Source of the DNA: Planctomycetota bacterium
GTDB lineage: Bacteria > Planctomycetota > UBA1135 > UBA2386
Length of the DNA: 64,000 bases
Assembly: GCA_046290465.1 (NCBI GenBank)
Contig: JBKAGP010000001.1
Span: 4,960,001 to 5,024,000 of the forward strand
Direction: 5' to 3'
A program made the translations under genes and the position numbers. The stretch's first letter is position 1; the number at the start of each line of letters is the position of its first letter. Shown piece after piece: positions 39,430-48,694 of the stretch. Below the pieces are notes generated by a model that searched no databases, was not told the DNA's origin, and worked only from the letters and a program-made list of their open reading frames with translations.

Positions 39430-39430
39430 G

Positions 39431-41110
39431 ATGGACGACGCTCGCTGGGAACGTCGGCTCGAGCGAGAGCGGGCGCGCAACGCGGCGCTCGAGAAGGTCG
39501 TCGAGGACAAGACGCGCGAGCTGTACCTGGCCAACGAACGGCTGCGGCAGCACAACGAAGGCCTCGAGGTCATGGTCGAGGAGCGCACCGCGGACCTGCG
39601 CGCGGCGCTGGAGGCCGCCGAGGCGGCCGGTCGCGCCAAGACCGAGTTCCTGGCGCAGATGAGCCACGAGCTGCGCACGCCGCTGCACGGTCTCAACGGC
39701 ACCATCGACGCGTTGACGCGCACCGAGCTCGGCGCCGAGCAGCGTCGCCTGCTCGACCTGTGTCAGGCTTCGGGCGCCCGCCTGTTGCGCGTGATCGGCG
39801 ACGTGCTCGACTTCTCGCGCATCGAGTCCGGCAAGCTGGAGTTCGAAATGCGGCCGGCCAACGTCGGCGAGATCGTGCTGGCGGCAGCATCGTCGTTCGC
39901 GGCGGCCGCCGAGCAGAAGGGGCTGCGCTTGACGCACGCGTGCGTCGGCGACGACGTCTGGATGCGTGCCGACTCGCACCGGCTGGGGCAGGTGCTCGCC
40001 AAGCTGCTCAGCAACGCCGTCAAGTTCACCGAGCACGGCGAGATCGCCTTGCGCGCCGAGGTGCGGCGAGACGACGGACACCTCACGGTCAGCTGGCAGG
40101 TGCGCGACAGCGGCTGCGGCATGACGCCGGAGGCCGCCGAACGGATCTTCGATGCGTTCCGGCAGGCCGAGGCCGCGACCACGCGGCGGTTCGGCGGCAC
40201 CGGGCTCGGGCTTTCGATCGTGCGCGGCATCGTCGAAGCGATGGGCGGCACGATCCGGGTCGAGACCCAGGTCGGCGTCGGCACGACGTTCACGTTCGAG
40301 ACCCGCCACGAGGCTTGTGCGAGCGAGGCGAACGTCGCGCAGCTGGCGCCGTCGGCGCTCGACCTCGGCGGCAAGAAGGTGCTGGTCGTCGACGACCATC
40401 CGATCAACCGCACGCTGTGCGAGACCATGCTGGCGGGCTGCAACTGCGAGCTGCTGTTCGCCGCGAGCGGCGCCGAGGCGATCCTGCAGGTCGCCCGTAG
40501 CGCGCCGGACCTGGTGCTGATGGACTGCCACATGCCGGGCATGTCCGGCCTCGAAGCGACGCGCGCGATCCGGTCGACGGGCTACCAGAACCCGATCCTG
40601 GCCGTGTCCGCCGATGTCACTACCGACAACGCGACCGCGGTCGTGGCCGCCGGCATGCAGGGCATCCTCGGCAAGCCGTTCCGCCAGTCGGACCTGTTCG
40701 AGTCGATCACCGAGCTGCTGGACGGTAGCGGCCGGTTCGCGGCGGCCGTGCCGGAGGACCTCGACGACGCCCTGCCGCTGTTCGCGCCGGACTCGGCGCT
40801 CGAACTGCTCGGCGGCCACCGCGACATGGTCGCGCGGCTCTGCGAGGTCTTCCTCGAGGAGCTGCCGGGCAACCTCGACAACCTGCGGGCCGGCGTCGCC
40901 GACGCCGATGCCGCGGCACAGGCGCAGTTCGCGCACTCGTTGAAGGGGGCGTCCGGTGTGGTCTGTGCGGTGCGCCTGCGCGACCTGTGCGCCGACCTCG
41001 AGGCGAAGGGCCGCGAGGGGCAGTGCCAGCCGGACCGGCTCGACCGGCTCGAGGCGGTCGCGCGGGAGACCGAGGCGGCGCTGCGCGCGTGGCTCGCAGC
41101 GTGCCCGTAG
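39431..41110 (+). CDS. Soluble hybrid histidine kinase (HisKA-HATPase-REC-HPt), H-NOX-associated
   Basis: ERERAR..ALE...EDKTRELY N-terminal coil, MSHELRTP, SNAVKFT, DSGCG, GGTGLGL, MDCHMP, AHSLKG. Confidence 0.93.
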   Translation: MDDARWERRLERERARNAALEKVVEDKTRELYLANERLRQHNEGLEVMVEERTADLRAALEAAEAAGRAKTEFLAQMSHELRTPLHGLNGTIDALTRTELGAEQRRLLDLCQASGARLLRVIGDVLDFSRIESGKLEFEMRPANVGEIVLAAASSFAAAAEQKGLRLTHACVGDDVWMRADSHRLGQVLAKLLSNAVKFTEHGEIALRAEVRRDDGHLTVSWQVRDSGCGMTPEAAERIFDAFRQAEAATTRRFGGTGLGLSIVRGIVEAMGGTIRVETQVGVGTTFTFETRHEACASEANVAQLAPSALDLGGKKVLVVDDHPINRTLCETMLAGCNCELLFAASGAEAILQVARSAPDLVLMDCHMPGMSGLEATRAIRSTGYQNPILAVSADVTTDNATAVVAAGMQGILGKPFRQSDLFESITELLDGSGRFAAAVPEDLDDALPLFAPDSALELLGGHRDMVARLCEVFLEELPGNLDNLRAGVADADAAAQAQFAHSLKGASGVVCAVRLRDLCADLEAKGREGQCQPDRLDRLEAVARETEAALRAWLAACP

Positions 41111-41111
41111 C

Positions 41112-41873
41112 TCAGCGGCGTCGAGATCCGACCGCGATCTGCATCAGGTCGGCGGCCATCGTGACCTTGCCGTCGAAGCGGGCGCGCGCCTGCTGGCACA
41201 GGTCGACGCCGTCGCACTCGGGATAGAAGTGCGTCAGCACCAGCTCGAGGGCGCCGGCGCGCTGCGCGTAGTCGGCGGCGAGTCCGGGCGTCAGGTGGCC
41301 TTCGAGCTTGTGGCCGTCGGGTGAGGCGGTGTCGCAGACGAACACGTCGACGTCGCGCGCCAGCTCGACCAGCTCTTCGCAGGTGTCGGCGTCGCCCGAC
41401 AGCGCGACGACGCCGGCCGCGGTGCGCAGCCGGTAGCCGAGGCTCTGGGCCGTGTGCCGGATCGGGATCGACGTGACCTCGAACCCGTGCACCTGCGCGG
41501 TGCCCGGCAGCCACTCGACCAGCTCCAGTTCGTAGTCCTTCGGCTCCAGCCACGGCCAGGCCTGCGTCAGCAGCGCGACCAGCCGCCGCAGTCCCGGTGC
41601 GCCGTGGATCGACAGCGGCGGGCGCGGGCTGAGGTGCGGCGAGCGCAGCGCGAACAGCAGGGCGGCGAGGTCGGCGCAGTGGTCGGTGTGGTAGTGGGTC
41701 AGCAGCACCGCGTCGAGCTGCGCGGGCGACACCCCGGCCTGGGCGAGGCGCCGCAGGGTCCCGGGCCCGCAGTCGACCATGACGCGCCGGTCGTCGTGCT
41801 CGATCAGGTAGCCGGCCGGAAAACGGTCGGCCACCGGCACCGAAGTGCCGGAGCCGAGCACGGTGAGTTGCAT
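41112..41873 (-). CDS. Metallo-beta-lactamase-fold hydrolase (RNase Z/BN-like)
   Basis: LGSG, DCGPG, THYHTDH, SGD, GHLT, LTHFYP. Confidence 0.88.
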   Translation of the reverse strand: MQLTVLGSGTSVPVADRFPAGYLIEHDDRRVMVDCGPGTLRRLAQAGVSPAQLDAVLLTHYHTDHCADLAALLFALRSPHLSPRPPLSIHGAPGLRRLVALLTQAWPWLEPKDYELELVEWLPGTAQVHGFEVTSIPIRHTAQSLGYRLRTAAGVVALSGDADTCEELVELARDVDVFVCDTASPDGHKLEGHLTPGLAADYAQRAGALELVLTHFYPECDGVDLCQQARARFDGKVTMAADLMQIAVGSRRR

Positions 41874-42082
41874 GCGTTGCAACGTAGCAGTGGCGCCGTT
41901 CGCCGTCGCGTGACTTGCCGATGACGCAGGGGGCTTGGCGCATCGTTTGCCCGATTGCCGGCGCGGTTGCGGTCGCGACATGTCTCGATTCGGGGCGGCG
42001 TGATCAAGGCGCCAGTCGCACCGGCCGAAGGGTCGATGACCGGCGTAGCGGATCCGCGCCGGCAGCTCAGAATCGAGAACCT

Positions 42083-42748
42083 ATGCAACAACGCAGTCTG
42101 CTTCGCCCGTCCCTTGCCCTCGTCGCCGTGCTCGGCGCCTGCGCCGGCGGCCCCGACCGCCAGGATGCCCCGATCAAGGTCGAGGAGATGATGACCTGGA
42201 TCGAGAAGGTGCACATCGAGGCCGAGCGCGCGCGCGACGCGATCTCCGACTCGTTCGAACGGCTCAACACGCTCGCCGGTGGCCGCTTCGAGGGCGACTC
42301 CGCCGCGGTCGTCTACGCCCGCTTCGTGCAGTCGATCGACGTCGCCGAACAGCAGGCCAAGCGCTACCGCGACGTGGTCGCGCCGATGGTCGCCTCGGCC
42401 GGTCCGGTGTTCGCCACCTGGCAGGCGGACGTCGAGATGATCCAGTCGGAGCGGCTGCGCCAGCGCAGCGAGATGCGCTTCCAGATCGCCAAGGAGCGCT
42501 ACGACGCGATCGCCAAGGTCGCGGTGCCGGCGCAGGAGCAGTACGACCTGTTCGTGCGGGCGCTGCGCGACCACGCGCTGTTCCTCGGCCACGACCTCAA
42601 CGCCGGCTCGATCGACGACATCCAGGAAGAGGTCAAGCTGGTGGCGCAGAACGCGCTGCAGCTGGACCAGAACCTCGAGTCGACGATGGCCGCCTCGCGC
42701 GCCTACGTCGAGCAGTCGTCGCTGCCCGCCGCCGCACCCGGACGCTAG
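42083..42748 (+). CDS. Alpha-helical coiled-coil lipoprotein (DUF2959-like)
   Basis: Lipobox VLGAC; all-helical; LRDHALFLGHDLNA; its stop abuts the next start. Confidence 0.7.
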   Translation: MQQRSLLRPSLALVAVLGACAGGPDRQDAPIKVEEMMTWIEKVHIEAERARDAISDSFERLNTLAGGRFEGDSAAVVYARFVQSIDVAEQQAKRYRDVVAPMVASAGPVFATWQADVEMIQSERLRQRSEMRFQIAKERYDAIAKVAVPAQEQYDLFVRALRDHALFLGHDLNAGSIDDIQEEVKLVAQNALQLDQNLESTMAASRAYVEQSSLPAAAPGR

Positions 42749-44977
42749 GTGACCCCGACGCTGCTGATCCTGCTGCTGGCGGCGCTCGCGCTCGCCTTCG
42801 CGGCGACCTGGCAGCGCCAGGCAGAACTGCGTCGGCAGCGCGACGCCGTGCGCGAACGCGCCGAGCTGTCCGCGGCGAGCAGCGGTGCGGCGCCGCTGCA
42901 GCTGCCGGTCGTCGACCTGCAGAAGTGCATGGGCTGCGGCACCTGTGTGCGCGAGTGCCCCGAGGAGGGCGTGCTCGCGCTGGTGCACGGCCAGGCGGCC
43001 GTCGTCAACCCTACCGGCTGCGTCGGCCACGCCCGCTGCGTGTCCGAGTGCCCGGTCGACGCGGTGACGTTGACGCAGGGGGACCTGCAGCAGCGCGACG
43101 ACGTGCCGGTGCTCGACGCCGAACTGCAGGCGGTCGGCAACGACGGCCTGTTCCTGGTCGGGGAGATCACCGCGCGCTCGCTGATCCGCGTTGCGGCCGA
43201 ACAGGGGGTGTCGGCGGGCCGCGCGATCGCGCGGCGGTGCGCCGAGCCGGGGCCGGACGGCGTGCTCGACGCCGTCGTCGTCGGCGCCGGACCGGGCGGC
43301 ATCGCCTGCGCGTTGGCCTGCCGCGAGGCGGGCCTCGACTTCGCGCTGCTCGACCAGGAGCCGTTCGTCGGCGGTGCCGTCGCCAAGTATCCGCGCAAGA
43401 AGCTGGTGCTGACCGACCGGATCGACCTGCCGCTGCACGGCCGCCTGCCGCGCCGCGAGTACGAGAAGGAAGAGCTGGTCGCGCTGTGGCAGGATCTCGG
43501 CGAACGGCACGAGCTGCCGTTCGTCGGCGGCGTCGCGTTCGAACATGTCGAGCGGCAGGACGACGGCACGTTCGTCGTGCATACCGACGCCGGCGGCTAT
43601 CGCGCCCGCAACGTCGTGATCGCGGTCGGCCGACGCGGCCAGCCGCGCCGGCTCGGCGTGCCGGGTGAGGACCAGCCACACGTCGCCTTCGGCCTGCTCG
43701 ACGCCGCCAGCTACGCCAACGCGCACTGCGTGGTCGTCGGCGGCGGCGACAGTGCGGTCGAGACCGCGATCGCGCTGGCCGAGCAGCCGGGCAACGACGT
43801 GACGCTGGTCTATCGCCAGGAGGCCTTCTTCCGGCTGCGCAGCAAGAACCGCAAGCGGCTCGAGCAGCAGGTCGCCAGCGGATCCCTGCAGACGATGCTG
43901 GCGACCGACGTGCAGGCGATCGGCGCCGACCACGTCGAGGTCGCGCAGCGGCAGGAGGCCGGCGGCCCGGTGGCGGTGCAGGTGCGCGCCGACCATGTGT
44001 TCGTGCTCGCTGGCGGGGTGCCGCCGTTCGAGCAGCTGAAGCGCAGCGGCGTCTCGTTCGACGCCGCGCTGCATCCAGAGGAGGCCGCGCCGGCGGACGA
44101 CGGCGCGCGCAGCAGCCTGCTGTGGGCGGTCGGCTGTGGCCTGCTGCTGGCGGCGGCGACGCTGGCGTTCGTGCTCTGGCACGCCGACTACTACCTGCAG
44201 GCCTCGGGGCTGCGCGCGGCGCATCCCAAGCACGCGTTCCTGCGGCCGGATCACGGCCTCGGGCTGTGGTTCGGGCTGCTCGCGTCCGGCGCGATGCTGG
44301 CCAACCTCGCCTACCTGCTGCGGCGGCAGCAGCTGTGGGGCGTGCGCTTCGGTCGCCTGTCGACGTGGATGAACGTGCACGTCGCGACCGGCGTGATCGC
44401 CGTGCTGCTGGTGATGCTGCACGGCTCGATGGCGCCGCGCACGACACCCGGTGGCTATGCGTTCTGGGGTCTGGCGGTGCTGCTGCTGACCGGCGCGATC
44501 GGGCGCTGGTTCTACGCCTGGCTGCCGCGGTCCGCGAACGGCCGCGAGCGTCGCCTCGACGAGCTGCGGCAGGACCTGCACGAGCGCAAGCGGCGGCGGG
44601 CGGACGATCCGTTCGCGGCGGCGGCGCGCGCCGAGACGCTCGCGCTGATCGAACGGCGGCAGTGGCACGGCAGCTGGTTCGGTCGCGCGCTGGCGCTGGT
44701 CGGCCTGCAGTGGGACCTGTGGCGCACGCGGCGTCGCATCCGCGATCTCGGTCGCGAGCACGGCGCCGATGCCGCGTCGCTGGCCCGCGAACTGCACGAG
44801 GCGCGGCAGGCGCACGGCACCGCGGTGGCGGTGGCGCACCTCGAGGACCTGCGCGCGCTGCTCGGCACGTGGCGCTGGCTGCACCGCTGGATCGCGCTGC
44901 TGACGGTGCTGCTGGTGGTGGTGCACGCGGTGATCGCGATCGGCCGCGGCGTGTTCCGCGACGGAGGCGGCCTGTGA
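42749..44977 (+). CDS. Membrane-anchored ferredoxin / TrxB-like FAD-NAD(P)H oxidoreductase / di-heme-b membrane-domain fusion
   Basis: N-terminal TM; CMGCGTCVRECP and CVGHARCVSECP; GAGPGG; GGGDSA..YR; C-terminal TMs with two Hx13H pairs. Confidence 0.85.
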   Translation: MTPTLLILLLAALALAFAATWQRQAELRRQRDAVRERAELSAASSGAAPLQLPVVDLQKCMGCGTCVRECPEEGVLALVHGQAAVVNPTGCVGHARCVSECPVDAVTLTQGDLQQRDDVPVLDAELQAVGNDGLFLVGEITARSLIRVAAEQGVSAGRAIARRCAEPGPDGVLDAVVVGAGPGGIACALACREAGLDFALLDQEPFVGGAVAKYPRKKLVLTDRIDLPLHGRLPRREYEKEELVALWQDLGERHELPFVGGVAFEHVERQDDGTFVVHTDAGGYRARNVVIAVGRRGQPRRLGVPGEDQPHVAFGLLDAASYANAHCVVVGGGDSAVETAIALAEQPGNDVTLVYRQEAFFRLRSKNRKRLEQQVASGSLQTMLATDVQAIGADHVEVAQRQEAGGPVAVQVRADHVFVLAGGVPPFEQLKRSGVSFDAALHPEEAAPADDGARSSLLWAVGCGLLLAAATLAFVLWHADYYLQASGLRAAHPKHAFLRPDHGLGLWFGLLASGAMLANLAYLLRRQQLWGVRFGRLSTWMNVHVATGVIAVLLVMLHGSMAPRTTPGGYAFWGLAVLLLTGAIGRWFYAWLPRSANGRERRLDELRQDLHERKRRRADDPFAAAARAETLALIERRQWHGSWFGRALALVGLQWDLWRTRRRIRDLGREHGADAASLARELHEARQAHGTAVAVAHLEDLRALLGTWRWLHRWIALLTVLLVVVHAVIAIGRGVFRDGGGL

Positions 44978-47016
44978 ACCTCAAGGCGCGCTCGATCGTC
45001 GTCGGCGTGGTCTCGGCCGTGCTGGTGCTGACGCTGACGATGGCGGCTGCCGAACGGCAGTCGCCGGGACCGATCTCGACCGTGCACGGCCGCCTCGCCG
45101 AGCTCGACGGAGGGGCTTCGTGTTCGAGCTGCCACGGCGGTTGGTTCGGCGACATGCGCGCGTCCTGCATCGAGTGCCACGAGGAGATCGCCGCCCAACT
45201 CGAGCACGGCAACGGCCTGCACGGCGTGCTCGGCAAGGAGGCGGCGCACCAGTGCGCGACGTGCCACAGCGAGCACCACGGCGAGACGTTCCAGCAGGTC
45301 AACCGGCTGGCGTTCGCCCAGGCCGGCGTGCCCGACCCGGAGGCGTTCGACCACCGCATGATCGGCTTCGACCTCTCCGGTGCGCACGACCAGCTGAAGT
45401 GCGACGCGTGCCACGAGCACGCCTACGCCGAGGTATTGCCGGAGAACCAGCAGCGCTTCCTCGGCCTGCAGCGCGACTGCGGCTCGTGCCACGCCAACCC
45501 GCACGGAGGGCGCATGCAGATGACCTGTGTCACCTGCCATACGCAGTCGGACTTCACGCAGCGGTTCGTGTCGAAGCACGACCGCTGGCTGCGGCTCGAG
45601 GGGGCGCACGGCGGCGTCGACTGCCGTTCGTGCCACCAGGCCGGGAGCGCGCACGCGCTCGAGGCGCTGCGGCCGGGGGAGCTGTCAGCGCGCGGTTGCG
45701 CCGACTGCCACGAGTCGCCGCACGTCGCGGCGTTCGTCGCCGGCAACGGCGGCTGCGCGAGCTGCCACCAGCAGGAGTTCGAGCACTTCGACGACGACCG
45801 TCTGGCGCTGACCGCCGAACAGCACGCGCACAGCGGCTTCGCGCTCGGCGCGCCGCACGACCGGCTCGCGTGCACGGCGTGCCACGACGCGGCGGGCACG
45901 TTCGCCGAACGGCACCCCGGGCGCGCGCCGACCGACTGCCGCGCGTGCCACCAGGATCCGCACGGCGGCCAGTTCGACGGCAGCCCGTTGGCCGAACAGG
46001 ACTGCGTCAGCTGCCACGAACGCACCCACTTCGCACCGCACCGCTTCGACGAGGCGATGCACGCGCGCACGGCGCTGCCGCTCGACGGCCGGCACGCCGA
46101 GCAGCGCTGTGAGGCATGCCACGAGGTGCGGCCGCCCGATTCGGTCCGGCAGTTCCGCGGCACGCCGTCCCGATGTGAGAGCTGCCACGGCGATGCGCAC
46201 GACGACGCGTTCGCGGCGCATCGCCAGCGGCTGGCCGCGCACCCGCGCGGCGCCTGCGCGCAGTGCCACGACACCGACGCCTGGACGAGTCTCGACCACG
46301 CGCGCTTCGACCACGCCGACTGGACCGGCTTCGGCCTCGACGGGGCGCACGCGCAGATCGAGTGCACCGACTGCCATGCGCGCACCGACACCCCGGACGC
46401 GTTGGGCCGGCGCTTCGGCCGGATCCCGGAGCACGACGGCACCGATGCGGCGGGTGACTGCGCGCGCTGCCACGGCGACCCGCACGAGGGCATCTTCGCG
46501 CGCGAGGGTGCCCCGCAGCAGATCGACGGCCGCGGCGGATGCCTGCGCTGCCACGACACCGCGTCGTTCCGCGCGCTGCCGCACGGCTTCGATCACAAGG
46601 CGTTCGCGGGCTTCGAGCTGACCGGCAAGCACGGCAAGCTCGACTGCTCGGCGTGCCACCAGGCGCTCGACGAGGCGACCAGCACCGGGCGGACGTGGGG
46701 CAAGGCCAAGGGGCGGGCGTGCGCCGACTGCCACCAGGATCCGCACGTCGGGCAGTTTGCGCGGTTCGGCAAGACCGACTGCCATCGCTGCCACAAGAGC
46801 GCCAACACGTTCGCGACGCTGTCGTTCCGCCACAACCTGGACTCGCGGTTCCGACTGGGCGAGCAGCACCGCAAGGTCGCCTGCAGTCTCTGCCACAAAC
46901 CCGAGACGAAAGATGGGCACACCTTCGTCCGATACAAGCCGCTGCCGACCAAGTGCGTCGACTGCCACGGTCGGGAAGAAGGAGGAGCGCCGAAACGGAG
47001 ACGGAGGCGCGAGTGA
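44974..47016 (+). CDS. Exported multiheme cytochrome c, 23 CxxCH motifs
   Basis: GGAGG RBS, GTGA overlap, signal peptide; 23 CxxCH counted in 680 aa, arranged in tri-heme repeats. Confidence 0.93.
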   Translation: MNLKARSIVVGVVSAVLVLTLTMAAAERQSPGPISTVHGRLAELDGGASCSSCHGGWFGDMRASCIECHEEIAAQLEHGNGLHGVLGKEAAHQCATCHSEHHGETFQQVNRLAFAQAGVPDPEAFDHRMIGFDLSGAHDQLKCDACHEHAYAEVLPENQQRFLGLQRDCGSCHANPHGGRMQMTCVTCHTQSDFTQRFVSKHDRWLRLEGAHGGVDCRSCHQAGSAHALEALRPGELSARGCADCHESPHVAAFVAGNGGCASCHQQEFEHFDDDRLALTAEQHAHSGFALGAPHDRLACTACHDAAGTFAERHPGRAPTDCRACHQDPHGGQFDGSPLAEQDCVSCHERTHFAPHRFDEAMHARTALPLDGRHAEQRCEACHEVRPPDSVRQFRGTPSRCESCHGDAHDDAFAAHRQRLAAHPRGACAQCHDTDAWTSLDHARFDHADWTGFGLDGAHAQIECTDCHARTDTPDALGRRFGRIPEHDGTDAAGDCARCHGDPHEGIFAREGAPQQIDGRGGCLRCHDTASFRALPHGFDHKAFAGFELTGKHGKLDCSACHQALDEATSTGRTWGKAKGRACADCHQDPHVGQFARFGKTDCHRCHKSANTFATLSFRHNLDSRFRLGEQHRKVACSLCHKPETKDGHTFVRYKPLPTKCVDCHGREEGGAPKRRRRRE

Positions 47017-48686
47017 GCACGACAAGGCATCTGGGCGCGTCGCTGGCCGCGCTGCATCTGGTCTGCGGCGGACTGGCCGCGCAAGGAGAGCGCTTCGAGC
47101 GCCTCGACCTGCGCGTCTCGGCACCGCGACCGAACGGGCAGTGTGTGATCGACCGCGGCAAGCGCGAGAAGGTCGAGGTCGGCGATCGCGTGGTGCTGTC
47201 GCCGCGCGGCGGCCAGCCGTTGACCGGTCGCGTGCTGCAGGTCGAGGACCGCACCGCGCTGGTGCAGCTGCTCGACCCCAAGGCTTCGGTGGCACGCGGC
47301 ACGCGTGGCCACGTGCTGATCCCGCGGACGCGCAAGCAGCAGGCCGGGCCCGATCCGGCCGATCCGGCGGTCGAGCCGCAGCCGCCGACCGGTGAGCCGG
47401 GCGCGCAGGATCCGCCGGGCGACGAGGTCTGGAGGCCGGGCATGCCGTTGCTCGGCCGTCACCGGGCGCCGCGGCCGAACGAACGCGACGCCCAGTTGCG
47501 CGGCCGCCTCTACGGCTCCAGCAACCTGGTCCGCACGCTCGACTCGTTCTCGCAGTCGTACGCGCGCGCCGGTGCCGACGTCGACGTCAACAACATCGAT
47601 GGCGACGGCGGCCGGCTGCGCTTCCACGGCGAGTTCGTGCACAGCGAAGAGGTCTCCGGCAACACCGGCAGCGACCTGCGCATCTACGAGCTCAGCTACG
47701 CGCACGGCGGCACGCGCTTCGACCCGTGGCGCTGGCAGGTCGGCCGCTTCCTGCAGCAGGACATGCCCGAGTTCGGGCTGCTCGACGGCATCGAGGTCGG
47801 CTTCCGCAGCGAGCACGGCGACCGCTTCGGCGCCAGCGTCGGCTACCTGCCCGAGCTCGACGACGACCTCGACAGCCTCGCCGACCTGCAGCTCGCGGCG
47901 TGGTACGTGTTCAACCCGGACGTGTCCGAACGGATCTCGTACGCGATCGGTTACCAGAAGACCTGGCACCGTTGGGACGCGGACCGCGACCTGATCGTCG
48001 CCAAGGCCCGCTATCTGCCGCACAGCGGTTGGGACGTGTCGTCGGCGATCTGGGTCGACATCTACGACAACGACGACAACCTCAAGGACGAGGCGTTCGA
48101 GTTCACGCGCGCCAACCTGTTCGCGACGCGTCGCTGGCAGGACGAGGGCGGCGTCGAGCTGTTCTACGACCACGAGGAGTATCCGGAGCTGCTGCGCAAC
48201 GAGACGCCGCAGACGCTGTTGCCGCAGACGTTGATCGGGGCGCACGTCGATCGCGTGTCGGCGCACCTGTGGACGGGTGGCGGCGACCGGGCGCAGTGGT
48301 TCACGCGCACGACCGGCTGGGTCGACGAGGAGGACGAGGGCTTCGCGTTCGAGCTCGGTGGTCGGCAGGACGACGTGCTCGGTTCGCGCACGCGCTCGGG
48401 TCTGGCGTTGTTCCACGTGAACGCGCAGACCAGCAACGTCACCGGCGTGCGTATCGAGCACGGCGGCGACTACCAGTTCGGTCGCCTCGACCTGCTCTAC
48501 GAACTCGGCTTCGTGCACTTCGACGACCAACCGTCCGATCGCAGCGAGTTGCTGCAGCACCGCTTCGCCGCGCTGGTCTCGACCGGCATGGGGTCGGGTT
48601 GGGACGCGACGTTCACTGGCGACGTCACCGTGTGGGACGAGGAGATCTCGTTCGGCGTCGGCATCTACCTGCAAAAGCTGTTCTGA
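47013..48686 (+). CDS. Outer-membrane beta-barrel (putative cytochrome-associated porin) with N-terminal beta domain
   Basis: GGAGG RBS, GTGA overlap, signal peptide, alternating aromatic/hydrophobic strands, C-terminal GVGIYLQKLF. Confidence 0.78.
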   Translation: MSTTRHLGASLAALHLVCGGLAAQGERFERLDLRVSAPRPNGQCVIDRGKREKVEVGDRVVLSPRGGQPLTGRVLQVEDRTALVQLLDPKASVARGTRGHVLIPRTRKQQAGPDPADPAVEPQPPTGEPGAQDPPGDEVWRPGMPLLGRHRAPRPNERDAQLRGRLYGSSNLVRTLDSFSQSYARAGADVDVNNIDGDGGRLRFHGEFVHSEEVSGNTGSDLRIYELSYAHGGTRFDPWRWQVGRFLQQDMPEFGLLDGIEVGFRSEHGDRFGASVGYLPELDDDLDSLADLQLAAWYVFNPDVSERISYAIGYQKTWHRWDADRDLIVAKARYLPHSGWDVSSAIWVDIYDNDDNLKDEAFEFTRANLFATRRWQDEGGVELFYDHEEYPELLRNETPQTLLPQTLIGAHVDRVSAHLWTGGGDRAQWFTRTTGWVDEEDEGFAFELGGRQDDVLGSRTRSGLALFHVNAQTSNVTGVRIEHGGDYQFGRLDLLYELGFVHFDDQPSDRSELLQHRFAALVSTGMGSGWDATFTGDVTVWDEEISFGVGIYLQKLF

Positions 48687-48694
48687 GGGCCATC

